Of a stretch of 42,358 bases of DNA, positions 1 to 8,427 are shown one piece after another. Source of the DNA: Chloroflexia bacterium (GTDB lineage Bacteria > Chloroflexota > Chloroflexia > QHBQ01 > JADMIH01); the NCBI GenBank assembly GCA_036389075.1, contig DASVQO010000045.1, positions 1-42,358 of the forward strand. The letters run 5' to 3'. Under the pieces are notes generated by a model, which did not search any database, had not been told where the DNA came from, and worked only from the letters and a program-made list of their open reading frames with translations. Made by a program: the position numbers and the translations under genes. Position 1 is the stretch's first letter. Every line of letters starts with the position of its first letter.

Positions 1-1
1 A

Positions 2-1333
2 GAGGCCGCCGACGAAGCCGTTGCTGCTTCCCCCACGGTAGAGCATACGCTTGTTGTGAGCAGGCAAGGCGAGGCAAGGGGCAGCACCGCACCCTGGACG
101 CGAGGCCGGGACGTGTGGTGGCACGAGTTGGTCGGCGGGCAGAGCGAGGAGTGCGACACCGTGCGCACAAGTGCCGGCGAGCCGTACATGATTATTTACA
201 CGTCGGGCACCACGGGCAAGCCGAAGGGCGTGGTGCACCTGCACGCGGGCTTCCCCATCAAAGCGGCGCAGGAACTGGCCCACTGCTTCGACCTGCACCA
301 GGGCGAGGCGCTCTACTGGATCAGCGACATCGGCTGGATGATGGGGCCGTGGGCGATTACCGGCTCCCTCATGCTGGGGGCCACCTGCTTCCTGTACGAA
401 GGCGCCATCAGCCACCCGCAGCCCGACCGCCTCTGGTCCATCGTCGAGCGGCACCGCATTACCCACCTCGGCATCTCGCCCACCGCCGTGCGCTCGCTCA
501 TGGCCCACGGCGACGAGGCGGTGCGGGGCCACGACCTCTCCAGCCTGGTGGTGCTTGCCGGGGCGGGCGAGCCGTGGAACCCCGGCCCCTGGCGGTGGCT
601 ATTCGACGTGGTGGGCGGCGGCAAGCTCCCCATCATCAACTACTCCGGCGGCACCGAGGTGTCGGGCGGCATCCTTAGCTGCAACCCGCTGCTGCCCATC
701 AAGCCGTGCGCGTTCAGCGGGCCGGTGCCAGGTATGCTGCCCGACGTGGTGGACGGCGACGGCAGACCAGTACGCGGCGGCGTCGGAGAGTTGGCCCTGC
801 GCGGGCCGTGGGTGGGGAAGACCGAGGGCTTCTGGGGCGACAACGGGCGTTACCTCGACACCTACTGGTCCAGGGTGCCCGGCCTGTGGGTGCACGGCGA
901 CTGGGCGCGGGTGGACGACGAAGGCTTCTGGTACATCCTGGGCCGCTCGGACGACACTATCAAGGTAGCGGGCAAGCGCGTCGGCCCCGCCGAGGTGGAG
1001 GCGGCAGCGGTGTCGCACCCGGCAGTGGCCGAGGCGGCGGCTATAGGGGTGCCCGACGCGCTGAAAGGCGAGGCGTTGGTGGTGCTGGTCGTGTTGCGTC
1101 CAGGCCACATGGCAGGCGAAGAGCTGCGGGGCGAGATAGCGTCCGGCATAGTGGCCCACCTGGGCAAATCGCTCAAGCCGCAAGCCGTAAAGTTCGTGGC
1201 GGAGCTGCCGCACACCCGCAACGGCAAGACGCTGCGCCGCCTGGTGCGCCAGGGCTACCTGGGCGAACCACTGGGCGACCTGTCGTCCCTGGAGAACCCG
1301 ACCGCGTTGGAGGCGGTGGCGGCGGCCTTGTAG
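2..1333 (+). CDS. AMP-dependent synthetase/ligase, acetyl-CoA-synthetase-like (5' end cut by window edge)
   Basis: The frame is open from base 2 with no stop before the tracked GTG at 56. It carries the AMP-binding motif YTSGTTGKPKGV, then SDIGWMMGPW, DDTIKVAGKRVGPAEVE and PHTRNGKTLRR, which are typical of adenylate-forming enzymes. Confidence 0.85.
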   Translation, partial: EAADEAVAASPTVEHTLVVSRQGEARGSTAPWTRGRDVWWHELVGGQSEECDTVRTSAGEPYMIIYTSGTTGKPKGVVHLHAGFPIKAAQELAHCFDLHQGEALYWISDIGWMMGPWAITGSLMLGATCFLYEGAISHPQPDRLWSIVERHRITHLGISPTAVRSLMAHGDEAVRGHDLSSLVVLAGAGEPWNPGPWRWLFDVVGGGKLPIINYSGGTEVSGGILSCNPLLPIKPCAFSGPVPGMLPDVVDGDGRPVRGGVGELALRGPWVGKTEGFWGDNGRYLDTYWSRVPGLWVHGDWARVDDEGFWYILGRSDDTIKVAGKRVGPAEVEAAAVSHPAVAEAAAIGVPDALKGEALVVLVVLRPGHMAGEELRGEIASGIVAHLGKSLKPQAVKFVAELPHTRNGKTLRRLVRQGYLGEPLGDLSSLENPTALEAVAAAL

Positions 1334-1397
1334 GCGCGCTCACAACAGCCTGATGTGGTAGACTTGGTACCGCACAGCCTCACACAAGGAGCCTCTT

Positions 1398-1868
1398 ATG
1401 GAACTATCCGGCACGCATACCATCAAAGCCCCCCAGGCCCTCGTCTGGAAGGTGCTCACCGACCCTGAGACGTTGCGGCGCACCCTCCCCGGCTGCCAGA
1501 GGTTCGAGGCCCAGGAGGACGGCAGCTTCAACATCACCATGAGCATAGGCATCGCGGCGATAAAGGGCACCTACACCGGCACCGTGCGCCTGCTCAACGA
1601 AATGCCACCCGACTCCTACAGCCTGAAGGTCGCGGCCAAGGGCGGCGTCGGCTTCATCGACGGGCAGGGCGACTTCGTGCTCTCCCCCGCCGAGGACAAC
1701 CACGAGCACACGAAGCTGAGCTACACTGGCCAGGCCCAGGTGGGCGGTAAGATCGCTGGGGTGGGCCAGCGCTTGCTGCAAGGGGGCGCCAACCTGGTAA
1801 TCGGCCAGTTCTTCCGCGCCCTGGACAAAGAAGTGTCTCAAAGCGAAGGCGCGGGCAAAGACTTATAA
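1398..1868 (+). CDS. coxG: SRPBCC / CoxG-family protein (carbon monoxide dehydrogenase subunit G-like)
   Basis: 156 aa. The N-terminus (MELSGTHTIKAPQALVWKVLTDPETLRRTLPGCQRFE ... IKGTYTGTVRL ... GGKIAGVGQRLL) matches the usual CoxG/SRPBCC layout. An AAGGAG-like RBS (caaggagcc) precedes the ATG. Confidence 0.8.
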   Translation: MELSGTHTIKAPQALVWKVLTDPETLRRTLPGCQRFEAQEDGSFNITMSIGIAAIKGTYTGTVRLLNEMPPDSYSLKVAAKGGVGFIDGQGDFVLSPAEDNHEHTKLSYTGQAQVGGKIAGVGQRLLQGGANLVIGQFFRALDKEVSQSEGAGKDL

Positions 1869-1872
1869 AGAC

Positions 1873-2700
1873 TCATAGAGAAGCGGGCGGGCAGTCGAGC
1901 CTCGACCTGGCGTACTCTATAAACTTCTCCTTCTGCCTGCCGATCTTGATGCCGTCCAGGTAGAAATCGCCACTCCCTATTAGCCAGAAGAGCATATCGA
2001 CAGCGTACGGCGTTACACCCACGTGGTCGGCCACTCGAACAATGGCGTCATGTACCTCGAAATCATCTTGAGAGCGGCTCAACCCCAGGGCCGTGAAGAT
2101 CGCCTTGAGGTGGGTGTCCGGCTTGGCATACTTGTGATAACCCAGGTCCTTCAAGAAGGCGCAAGCAAGAGCGAAGCCGAAACCGTTAATTGTCTTGCTT
2201 AGCATTGATGGTAGAGACATGCGCGTACTGTCGTTGTCATAGAAGGTGTCGGCCCAGCGGTAGAAGTCCGCGGCGGTATTGAACTGAGAGAGGAACCGCG
2301 CACCCGACACAATCGATCTACAGAACAGCGGCCACCTGCTCCCGGCTTCCGCGCGTAACCGGCCCCTGGGTTGTAGCTCCCTCTTGATGTCCTCGAACAC
2401 CGGCTCCCAGGCATCTGCGTATTTCAGGGCCACCGCCTTTGGGTCGAAGTCAAAGAGCACCCTGCCCAGGTTGCCGACGCCCCCGATTGAAGCCCCTATA
2501 ACGCTCGGGCCCATACCCGCGCTCTGCGCCGACCGGAGAAGCCCCTCGTAGACAGCATTCAGGGTCTTCACTCGTTCGCTCGTGGGGTTGATATGCCTCT
2601 CAATAGTGTCACGGGGCATATTGCAGACCACGGTCAAGTATTCCAGGGCGAGAGTATACGCCTGGCGGTCGCACTCGGCTTGCTCCTGGTTGGGGTTCAT
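1873..2700 (-). CDS. Hypothetical protein; the C-terminal half has a helix-hairpin-helix-like pattern
   Basis: 275-aa ORF with an ATG start. It is visibly less GC-rich than its neighbours. The segment GFGFALACAFLKDLGY..KPDTHL..GVTPYAVDMLFWLIGSG resembles HhH-type DNA-binding or glycosylase folds, but no catalytic motif is recognised. Confidence 0.55.
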   Translation of the reverse strand: MNPNQEQAECDRQAYTLALEYLTVVCNMPRDTIERHINPTSERVKTLNAVYEGLLRSAQSAGMGPSVIGASIGGVGNLGRVLFDFDPKAVALKYADAWEPVFEDIKRELQPRGRLRAEAGSRWPLFCRSIVSGARFLSQFNTAADFYRWADTFYDNDSTRMSLPSMLSKTINGFGFALACAFLKDLGYHKYAKPDTHLKAIFTALGLSRSQDDFEVHDAIVRVADHVGVTPYAVDMLFWLIGSGDFYLDGIKIGRQKEKFIEYARSRLDCPPASL

Positions 2701-2753
2701 CCGGTACTCTCTTTTCTGACTCAGCCGGGCCCTACCTGCAATGTGCCGGAGCG

Positions 2754-2922
2754 GGTGACCGGAGCGGCCCCTGTCATTCTGAGCGTAGCGAAGAATCTAA
2801 AGAAGCTGGATGGGGAGGCTGTTGGACCGTACGTACTATGGTGCTGGCGTTCAACGTAGAGGCAGAGGCAGCATTTCAGATTCTTCGCTACGCTCAGAAT
2901 GACAGGGGCCACTCTGGTCACC
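2754..2922. repeat. 169-bp palindromic intergenic element: 45-bp inverted repeats (2 mismatches) around a 79-bp spacer
   Basis: Left arm 2754-2798 is ggtgaccggagcggcccctgtcattctgagcgtagcgaagaatct. Right arm 2878-2922 is its reverse complement apart from 2 positions. It has the same core (cctgtcatt..gagcgtagcga..aa) as the element at 10238-10401. Confidence 0.9.
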
Positions 2923-3001
2923 TGCCTCCTACAGCTTGCGAACAGGCATTAGCACCCTACATACCACTTTTTGAGACTTGTTCCCCAGCCTAACATATCT
3001 C

Positions 3002-4384
3002 TTAGCTTCTGTGTGCCTGCTGGCCGTGCACCACCACACCCGGCATAGACTCAAGCAGCCGCGCTATCCCTAGCAATCGCTCCTCGTCCCAGCGCTTCCC
3101 CACCACCTGCATCCCGATAGGCAGGCCGTCCGCATCCCTCCCGATGGGCACCACCACGACCGGGTGGCCGCTGAAGTTGAAGGGGGCGGTGTGTCCCACG
3201 GCGCGCCAGTAGTTCACCGCCGCGCCATCCACCTGCAAGGGAGTGTTGGTCGGGCAGTGCGGGAAGGCCGTGACCATGCACACGGGGCAGAGCAGCGCAT
3301 CGAACTCGTCGAAGAAAGTCTCCCAGGTGCAGATAACGTCGTCGCGGTGCTGAAGTGCGTTGTAGTACTGCCGCAGGTCCGGCACCTTCTCGCCCGGCTC
3401 CGGCTCCGGGGACAGGCCCATCGCGGAGGAGAGCACGGCCCGCGCCCTCGCGAGTTCCCTGAAGTCCACGTTGGGCAGTGTCTCCTCCACCCGCACACCC
3501 GCCCGCTCCAATTCGGCGGCCACCCTGTGAACGGCCTCGCGTATGGCACCGGCCACAGGCACGCCCGGAAAGGTGGGTGCCCAGGCGACCCGCGGTTCCC
3601 CAGGCAACAGACGCGGCACCTCGCGCAGGGGGATGGGCGGCACGGCGTGGTCGCGCCCGTCCGGCCCGGCGATTATTCGGTAGGCAAGCTCCAGGTCTTC
3701 CAGGCTGCGGGCGAGCGGGCCAATCGACCCCATGAGGCCGTGGCTTCGTACCGCGCCCGGCAGGTCGGGTATGTGGCCGTAGCTCGACACGCGGTGCTCG
3801 GTCGTCTTGAGGCCGAATAGACCGCAGAAGTGCGCCGGGATGCGTATAGAGCCTGCCATGTCGCTGCCGATTTCCAGGGGAGTCATGCACGCAGCCAGGG
3901 CCGCCGCCGCCCCACCGCTCGACCCGCCGGGCGTGCGCGTAAGGTCATAAGGGTTGTTGGTGCGGCCAAAGATGTCGTTGTAAGACTGGATGTCTCCCAG
4001 CAGGGGCGAAACGTTGGTCTTGCCGAGGATGATAGCTCCCGCCTCCTTCAGACGCGCCGCCACGGTGCCGTCCTCGGCGGGTACGTAGTCGGCCAGAGGC
4101 GGATAGCCACACGTCGTCCGCATGCCCGCAGTGGAGTGCCCGTCCTTCAGCGTCAGAGGCACCCCGTGCAGCGGCCCCCACATCTCTCCACGGGCCAACG
4201 CCGCATCGCACTCCGCCGCCCGCCTCAGCGCACCCTCCTCGTCCAGGGTGACTATAGCGTTCAGGGCGGGGTTGCGCTCGGCTATCCGCGCCAGGTATGC
4301 CTCTACCACTTCCAACGAGGAGGCCTTGCGCTCCTGTAAGGCGAGGGCGAGTTGTGTAGTTGTGAGGGAGGTCAGGTCTTGCAT
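3002..4384 (-). CDS. Amidase (amidase-signature family)
   Basis: 460 aa. It has the GGSSGGAAAALAA signature, the upstream TLKD lysine and a typical N-terminus (SSLEVVEAYLARIAERNPALNAIV). Confidence 0.9.
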   Translation of the reverse strand: MQDLTSLTTTQLALALQERKASSLEVVEAYLARIAERNPALNAIVTLDEEGALRRAAECDAALARGEMWGPLHGVPLTLKDGHSTAGMRTTCGYPPLADYVPAEDGTVAARLKEAGAIILGKTNVSPLLGDIQSYNDIFGRTNNPYDLTRTPGGSSGGAAAALAACMTPLEIGSDMAGSIRIPAHFCGLFGLKTTEHRVSSYGHIPDLPGAVRSHGLMGSIGPLARSLEDLELAYRIIAGPDGRDHAVPPIPLREVPRLLPGEPRVAWAPTFPGVPVAGAIREAVHRVAAELERAGVRVEETLPNVDFRELARARAVLSSAMGLSPEPEPGEKVPDLRQYYNALQHRDDVICTWETFFDEFDALLCPVCMVTAFPHCPTNTPLQVDGAAVNYWRAVGHTAPFNFSGHPVVVVPIGRDADGLPIGMQVVGKRWDEERLLGIARLLESMPGVVVHGQQAHRS

Positions 4385-4406
4385 AGTCCGCGATGCGGTG
4401 CGTTAG

Positions 4407-4465
4407 GGCCTATGCAAGAAAAATCCCGCGGAAATATCTTAAGCGGGATTTTTCTTGCATAGGCC
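4407..4465. repeat. Perfect 23-bp inverted repeat with a 13-nt loop, lying between the large-subunit stop and the amidase start
   Basis: 4407-4429 (ggcctatgcaagaaaaatcccgc) is the exact reverse complement of 4443-4465 (gcgggatttttcttgcataggcc). GC clamps flank an A/T-run core. No U-tract follows on either strand. Confidence 0.9.
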
Positions 4466-4468
4466 TTC

Positions 4469-6802
4469 CTACCGTCTTTTGCGCGCGCCCTCCACCAGCT
4501 CCCACAATTTACTAGGGCTGAGGGGTATCTCCCGTATCTCCAGCCCGATGTCCTCAAAGGCGTTGTCGAGCGCCTGGGCGTACAGCGGACCGACAGGGAT
4601 AGCCCCCGCTTCGCCCGCGCCCTTGACGCCCATCGGGTTGAGGGGCGAAGGGGTTTCCTCGTGGCCTACCTCGATACGGGGCACGTCGGTGGAGGTAGGG
4701 AGCAGGTAGTCCATGAAGGAGGCATTGAGCAGTTGACCGCTTTCGTCGTACGCCAGTTGCTCGAAAAAGGCGTTGCCAATGCCCTGCGCCACCCCGCCGT
4801 GCACCTGCCCCTCAAGGATGAGCGGGTTGAGCACCGTGCCGCAGTCGTGCACTACCACGTAGCGTTGCACCTTCACGTCGAACGTCTCATCGTCCACCTC
4901 AAGGATGATGGCATGCGCGCCACACGCAGTAGCCTGCATGGGCGGGCCGAAATAGGCCGTGGCTTCCAGGCCCGGCTCGGTCCCGGGCTTGACAGCGCCG
5001 CGCAACGGGTTGGCCCTGGCCGCCAGTTCCGATAGGCTCACCCTCGCGCCGGGCATGCCCTTTACCTGCGCGTAGCCCCCCTGCAACTCTATATCCTCGT
5101 CCGCGGCCTCCATCATCTCAGCCGCCAGGCGTTTGGCCTTCTCTGCAACCATACCGGCGGCGGCGTGCACGGCGGACCCGGCCACCGTGGCCCCCCGGCT
5201 GGCGAACGTGCCCGTGCCCCAGTTGAACTGCCCCGTATCCCCCGTCGAAACCAGCACGTCCTCTAGCGGCACCCCCAGCATGTGCGCGGCTATCTGGGCG
5301 AACACGGTGTAGTGCCCCTGCCCCTGCGTGCCCACCCCCGTGACCACCGTCACCTTGCCCGTAGGCTCCACCTGTATGCGCGCCCCCTCGTACGGCCCGA
5401 TGCCCGTGCCCTCGACGTACATCACCAGCCCGATGCCAATCCGCTTGCCCTCGGCGCGCAGTCGCGGCCCCTCCACCGCGCGAAACTCGTCCCAGCCTAT
5501 CATGGCTTTGGCCCTGTCCAGCACCGGCTCGTAGTTGCCGCTGTCATAGGTCAGGCTGGTGAAGTCCTGGGCGATAATCACGTTGTTGTAGGGGAACTGG
5601 TCCGGGTGGATGAAGTTGCGGCGGCGCAGTTCCAGGGGGTCGATGCCAAGCTCTTTTGCCGCCGCGTCCAGCAGCCGCTCGATCACGAACACCCCGTGCT
5701 GTCGGCCCGCGCCTCGGTAGGGCGTAACGATGATCTTGTTGGTGAACACCGCCTTGAACTCGGTGTAGTAGTGGGGCACGATATAGGGGCCGAGCAGGTG
5801 GGTCTGAGTGTTGAGGGGCACCGTGAGGCCGTAAGGGTCGTACGCGCCGTTGTCGTGGAGGAAAACGTCTTTTATGCCCAGTATCTTGCCATCCTTGGTG
5901 ATAGCAAGCTCGGCCTCGTGCACCTGCCCCCGCTCGTGCGTCATGGCGACGAAGTTCTCCAGCCGGTCCTCGATCCACTTGAGGGGCCGGTTCAGCTTAA
6001 TCGCCGCCCACGGCACCAGCGTCTCCTCGGGGTAGAACATCATGATCTTGGGCCCGAACCCGCCGCCCACAAAGGGCGCGACCACGCGCACCTGCCGCTC
6101 CGAGAGGCCGAGCATCCCCGCCAGTCCGTTGCGTATCGGTATGGGGGCCTGGGTCGAGTCCCACACGGTGAGGTGGCGGGCAAGCTGGTCCCACTGCGCC
6201 ACCACGCCCCGCGTCTCGATAGGTGCCGCCGTGCCCCGGTCGTACTCGAAATGCCGCGACACCACGAGGTCGGCGTTAGCGCGGGCCGATGCGTAGTCCC
6301 CCTTGGTCTGTATCACGTGCGCCGCCAGGTTGGAGCCAACGTCCTCATGCACCAGCGGCGCGTCCTCATCCAACCCGACTTCAACACGCACCACCGCGTC
6401 CAGCGGCTCGTACTCCACAACTACCGCATCCGCTGCGTCTTCCGCGAGGTACCGGCTCTCGGCCACAATCATGACCACAGGCTCGCCCACGTAGCGCACC
6501 TTGTCGCGCGCCAACTGCCCCGCCGTCCGCTGGTTGAAGACCACGTACTGCGCCGGAGGCGGAGGCACCAGCAGCGGCGAAGGCTGCCAATAATCCCCCA
6601 AATCCTCCGCCGTATAGACCGCCACCACCCCCGGCATCTCCCGCGCCCCCGCCACGTCCACGCTCAACAGCCGCGCGTGCGCGTAATCGCTCCTCTTAAA
6701 CGCCACGTGCAACATCCCCGGAATATGCACGTCGTCCACAAACAACGCCTGCCCCGTCAGCAGCCGAGGGTCCTCATTCCGCTTAACCCGAGCACCAATC
6801 AC
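4469..6802 (-). CDS. Molybdopterin-dependent oxidoreductase large subunit (xanthine dehydrogenase / CoxL-like, form-II-type motif)
   Basis: 777 aa. The N-terminus is KRNEDPRLLTGQALFVDD. The active-site loop reads TPYRGAGRQ (AYRGAGR type) rather than the AYxCSFR of form-I CODH. It starts with GTG, preceded by GGGGGGAG. Confidence 0.9.
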   Translation of the reverse strand: MIGARVKRNEDPRLLTGQALFVDDVHIPGMLHVAFKRSDYAHARLLSVDVAGAREMPGVVAVYTAEDLGDYWQPSPLLVPPPPAQYVVFNQRTAGQLARDKVRYVGEPVVMIVAESRYLAEDAADAVVVEYEPLDAVVRVEVGLDEDAPLVHEDVGSNLAAHVIQTKGDYASARANADLVVSRHFEYDRGTAAPIETRGVVAQWDQLARHLTVWDSTQAPIPIRNGLAGMLGLSERQVRVVAPFVGGGFGPKIMMFYPEETLVPWAAIKLNRPLKWIEDRLENFVAMTHERGQVHEAELAITKDGKILGIKDVFLHDNGAYDPYGLTVPLNTQTHLLGPYIVPHYYTEFKAVFTNKIIVTPYRGAGRQHGVFVIERLLDAAAKELGIDPLELRRRNFIHPDQFPYNNVIIAQDFTSLTYDSGNYEPVLDRAKAMIGWDEFRAVEGPRLRAEGKRIGIGLVMYVEGTGIGPYEGARIQVEPTGKVTVVTGVGTQGQGHYTVFAQIAAHMLGVPLEDVLVSTGDTGQFNWGTGTFASRGATVAGSAVHAAAGMVAEKAKRLAAEMMEAADEDIELQGGYAQVKGMPGARVSLSELAARANPLRGAVKPGTEPGLEATAYFGPPMQATACGAHAIILEVDDETFDVKVQRYVVVHDCGTVLNPLILEGQVHGGVAQGIGNAFFEQLAYDESGQLLNASFMDYLLPTSTDVPRIEVGHEETPSPLNPMGVKGAGEAGAIPVGPLYAQALDNAFEDIGLEIREIPLSPSKLWELVEGARKRR

Positions 6803-6817
6803 TTTGCTCCCCCCTTC

Positions 6818-6940
6818 GGGGGAATTCTTAATTCTTAATTTTTAATTCTTAATTGAGTCTCTCGTCACCAACGTCGCAAAAAATACACATAGTCACCAAA
6901 CCCAATTAAGAATTAAAAATTAAGAATTAACAATTCCCCC
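6818..6940. repeat. 38-bp inverted repeat (1 mismatch) built from tandem AATTCTT-type heptamers, with a 47-nt loop; intercistronic
   Basis: Left arm 6818-6855 is GGGGG(AATTCTT)(AATTCTT)(AATTTTT)(AATTCTT)AATTG. Right arm 6903-6940 is its reverse complement except 6827/6931. It is extremely AT-rich within a GC-rich operon. The last stem base is the first base of the small-subunit stop codon. Confidence 0.95.
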
Positions 6941-7467
6941 TACAGCATTCCTGCTTCTCCCGCCACGTCCTCTTCCTGGGCGGGGGTGGTTAGGCCGGCG
7001 CGGCGTTTGGCGGCGGCCAGCTTGACGGCATCTACTATGTGCTGGTAGCCGGTGCAGCGGCAGATGTTGCCGGAGAGAGCCAGGCGTATCTCTTGTTCGG
7101 TGGGGTCGTCGTTTTCTTCGAGGAAGGGCAGCAACGTCATCAGGAAGCCGGGTGTGCAGAAGCCGCATTGCAGGCCGTGGGCTTCGTGGAAGGCAGACTG
7201 TAACGGGTGCAGATCGTCGGGGTCGCCGGAGAGGCCCTCCACCGTCATTATGCTGCGGCCGGCCGCCTGCACCGCGAACGTCAGGCAGGAGCGCACCGGC
7301 ACGCCATCGAGCAGCACCGTGCAGGCCCCGCACACCCCGTGCTCGCAGCCCACGTGGGTGCCTGTCAGCCCAAGCTCGTGCCGCAGGAAATCGCTGAGCA
7401 GCAGCCGCGCCTCGACGTCCCGGGTATAGCCCCGGCCGTTTACTTCTACGTCAACAACATGGTCCAT
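6940..7467 (-). CDS. (2Fe-2S)-binding small subunit of Mo-hydroxylase (CoxS-like)
   Basis: 175 aa. It has GCEHGVCGACTV and CGFCTPG..NICRCTGY, the two canonical [2Fe-2S] cysteine clusters. Confidence 0.92.
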   Translation of the reverse strand: MDHVVDVEVNGRGYTRDVEARLLLSDFLRHELGLTGTHVGCEHGVCGACTVLLDGVPVRSCLTFAVQAAGRSIMTVEGLSGDPDDLHPLQSAFHEAHGLQCGFCTPGFLMTLLPFLEENDDPTEQEIRLALSGNICRCTGYQHIVDAVKLAAAKRRAGLTTPAQEEDVAGEAGML

Positions 7468-7476
7468 TTAGCTTCC

Positions 7477-8352
7477 TCAAGCCCCACTCGCCCGCTGTGC
7501 CGCCCGCGTGAGGGTGCGTCGCGCCAGCACCTTCGCCAGGTGCCGCCGGTACTCGGCAGTGGCATGGATGTCCGCCTGCGGGTCGATGTCGGCCTCTATG
7601 GCTTCCGCCGCCGCCCGAATTGCCTCCTCCGTGGGGCGCTGTCCGAGCAAAGCAGAGGAGGCCGCTGCTGACACGACGGGCATATCGCCTACCGACAGGA
7701 ACACCAGCCTGCTCTCGGCCACCGTGCCATCCTCGCCCAGCGTCACCACGGCGGCGGCACCCACAAGGGCATAGTCGCCGTGCCTGCGCGCGAACTCCTC
7801 GAAGGCGGTACCGGTCCTGGCGGGCAGCGGCGGCACCGACACCTCCACCAGCATCTCATCTTCGTCAAGAGCTGTGGTGAACAGACCCAGGAAGAAGTCT
7901 GGCGCGCCTATCCAGCGGTCGCCGCTCGCGTTCTGCACCCTCATCTGGGCGTCGAGCGCCACAGCCAGGGCGGGCAATTCAGCGGCAGGGTCGGCGTGGG
8001 CCAACGACCCCCCGAACGTGCCCCGGTTGCGGATCTGCGGGTGCGCGATGAAGGGCATCGCCTCGGCAATCAGAGGTGAGCGTTCGGCCACGATAGGGCT
8101 ACGCTCCATGCTGCGGTGCCGGGTCATAGCTCCCACCAGCAGGCCGCCGTCCTCGCCAGGGTGGATACCAAACAGGTCGTCCACCCCGTTCAGGTCCACC
8201 AGGATAGAGGGCTGGGCCAGGCGGAAGTTCATGCTGGGCACGAGGCTCTGCCCGCCCGCCAGCACCTTGGCCTCCCCCGCGTGCTCGGCCAGCAGGTCCA
8301 ACGCCTCTTGCCGCGTGCGCGGCGCGTAATACTCGAATGGAGGTGGCTTCAT
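7477..8352 (-). CDS. FAD-binding medium subunit of Mo-hydroxylase (CoxM-like)
   Basis: 291 aa. MKPPPFEYYAPRTRQEALDLL...AGGQSL...RNRGTFGGSLAHADPAAELPA is the typical FAD_binding_5/CO_deh_flav_C pattern. Gene order is M-S-L. Confidence 0.9.
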   Translation of the reverse strand: MKPPPFEYYAPRTRQEALDLLAEHAGEAKVLAGGQSLVPSMNFRLAQPSILVDLNGVDDLFGIHPGEDGGLLVGAMTRHRSMERSPIVAERSPLIAEAMPFIAHPQIRNRGTFGGSLAHADPAAELPALAVALDAQMRVQNASGDRWIGAPDFFLGLFTTALDEDEMLVEVSVPPLPARTGTAFEEFARRHGDYALVGAAAVVTLGEDGTVAESRLVFLSVGDMPVVSAAASSALLGQRPTEEAIRAAAEAIEADIDPQADIHATAEYRRHLAKVLARRTLTRAAQRASGA

Positions 8353-8354
8353 AG

Positions 8355-8427
8355 AATTACGAATTACGAATTACGAATTACGAGTTAGGGAGGAGCCCCC
8401 GTAATTCGTAATTCGTAATTCGTAATT
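8355..8427. repeat. Perfect 28-bp inverted repeat made of four tandem AATTACG heptamers, with a 17-nt loop; intercistronic
   Basis: 8355-8382 is (AATTACG)x4 and 8400-8427 is (CGTAATT)x4, the exact reverse complement. The loop is agttagggaggagcccc. The stem ends 2 nt from the medium-subunit ATG (8352) and 3 nt from the cyclase stop (8431). Confidence 0.95.

Noticed and set aside
115-1353. Multiple long overlapping ORFs within or antisense to the acyl-CoA synthetase gene (115-678, 313-639, 555-968, 599-1213, 706-1353, 862-1227).
   Set aside because: Their translations are Arg/Pro/Gly/Ala-rich low-complexity sequence with no motifs. They overlap a motif-rich CDS. This is the expected stop-codon depletion in off-frames of very GC-rich DNA.
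2593-2921. ORFs 2593-2859 and 2721-2921 (and 10198-10443), encoding peptides such as VILSVAKNL and HFERSEKSR.
   Set aside because: They are read straight through the arms of palindromic repeat elements on both strands. Each mirrors the other because of the inverted repeat. I treat them as repeat DNA, not genes.
3051-8388. Long antisense or out-of-frame ORFs across the amidase/Mo-hydroxylase operon (for example 3051-3890, 3164-3820, 5282-6838 at 518 aa, 7207-7671, 7874-8329).
   Set aside because: Same GC-bias artefact. Each is fully embedded in a CDS with clear family motifs, and none has a recognisable domain or RBS.
6818-8427. The heptamer arrays as a CRISPR array or as simple microsatellites.
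   Set aside because: The units are 7 nt with no spacers, and only about 4 copies occur per arm. The copies are arranged as exact inverted pairs. This fits neither CRISPR (repeats of at least 23 nt with unique spacers) nor a plain one-stranded microsatellite.
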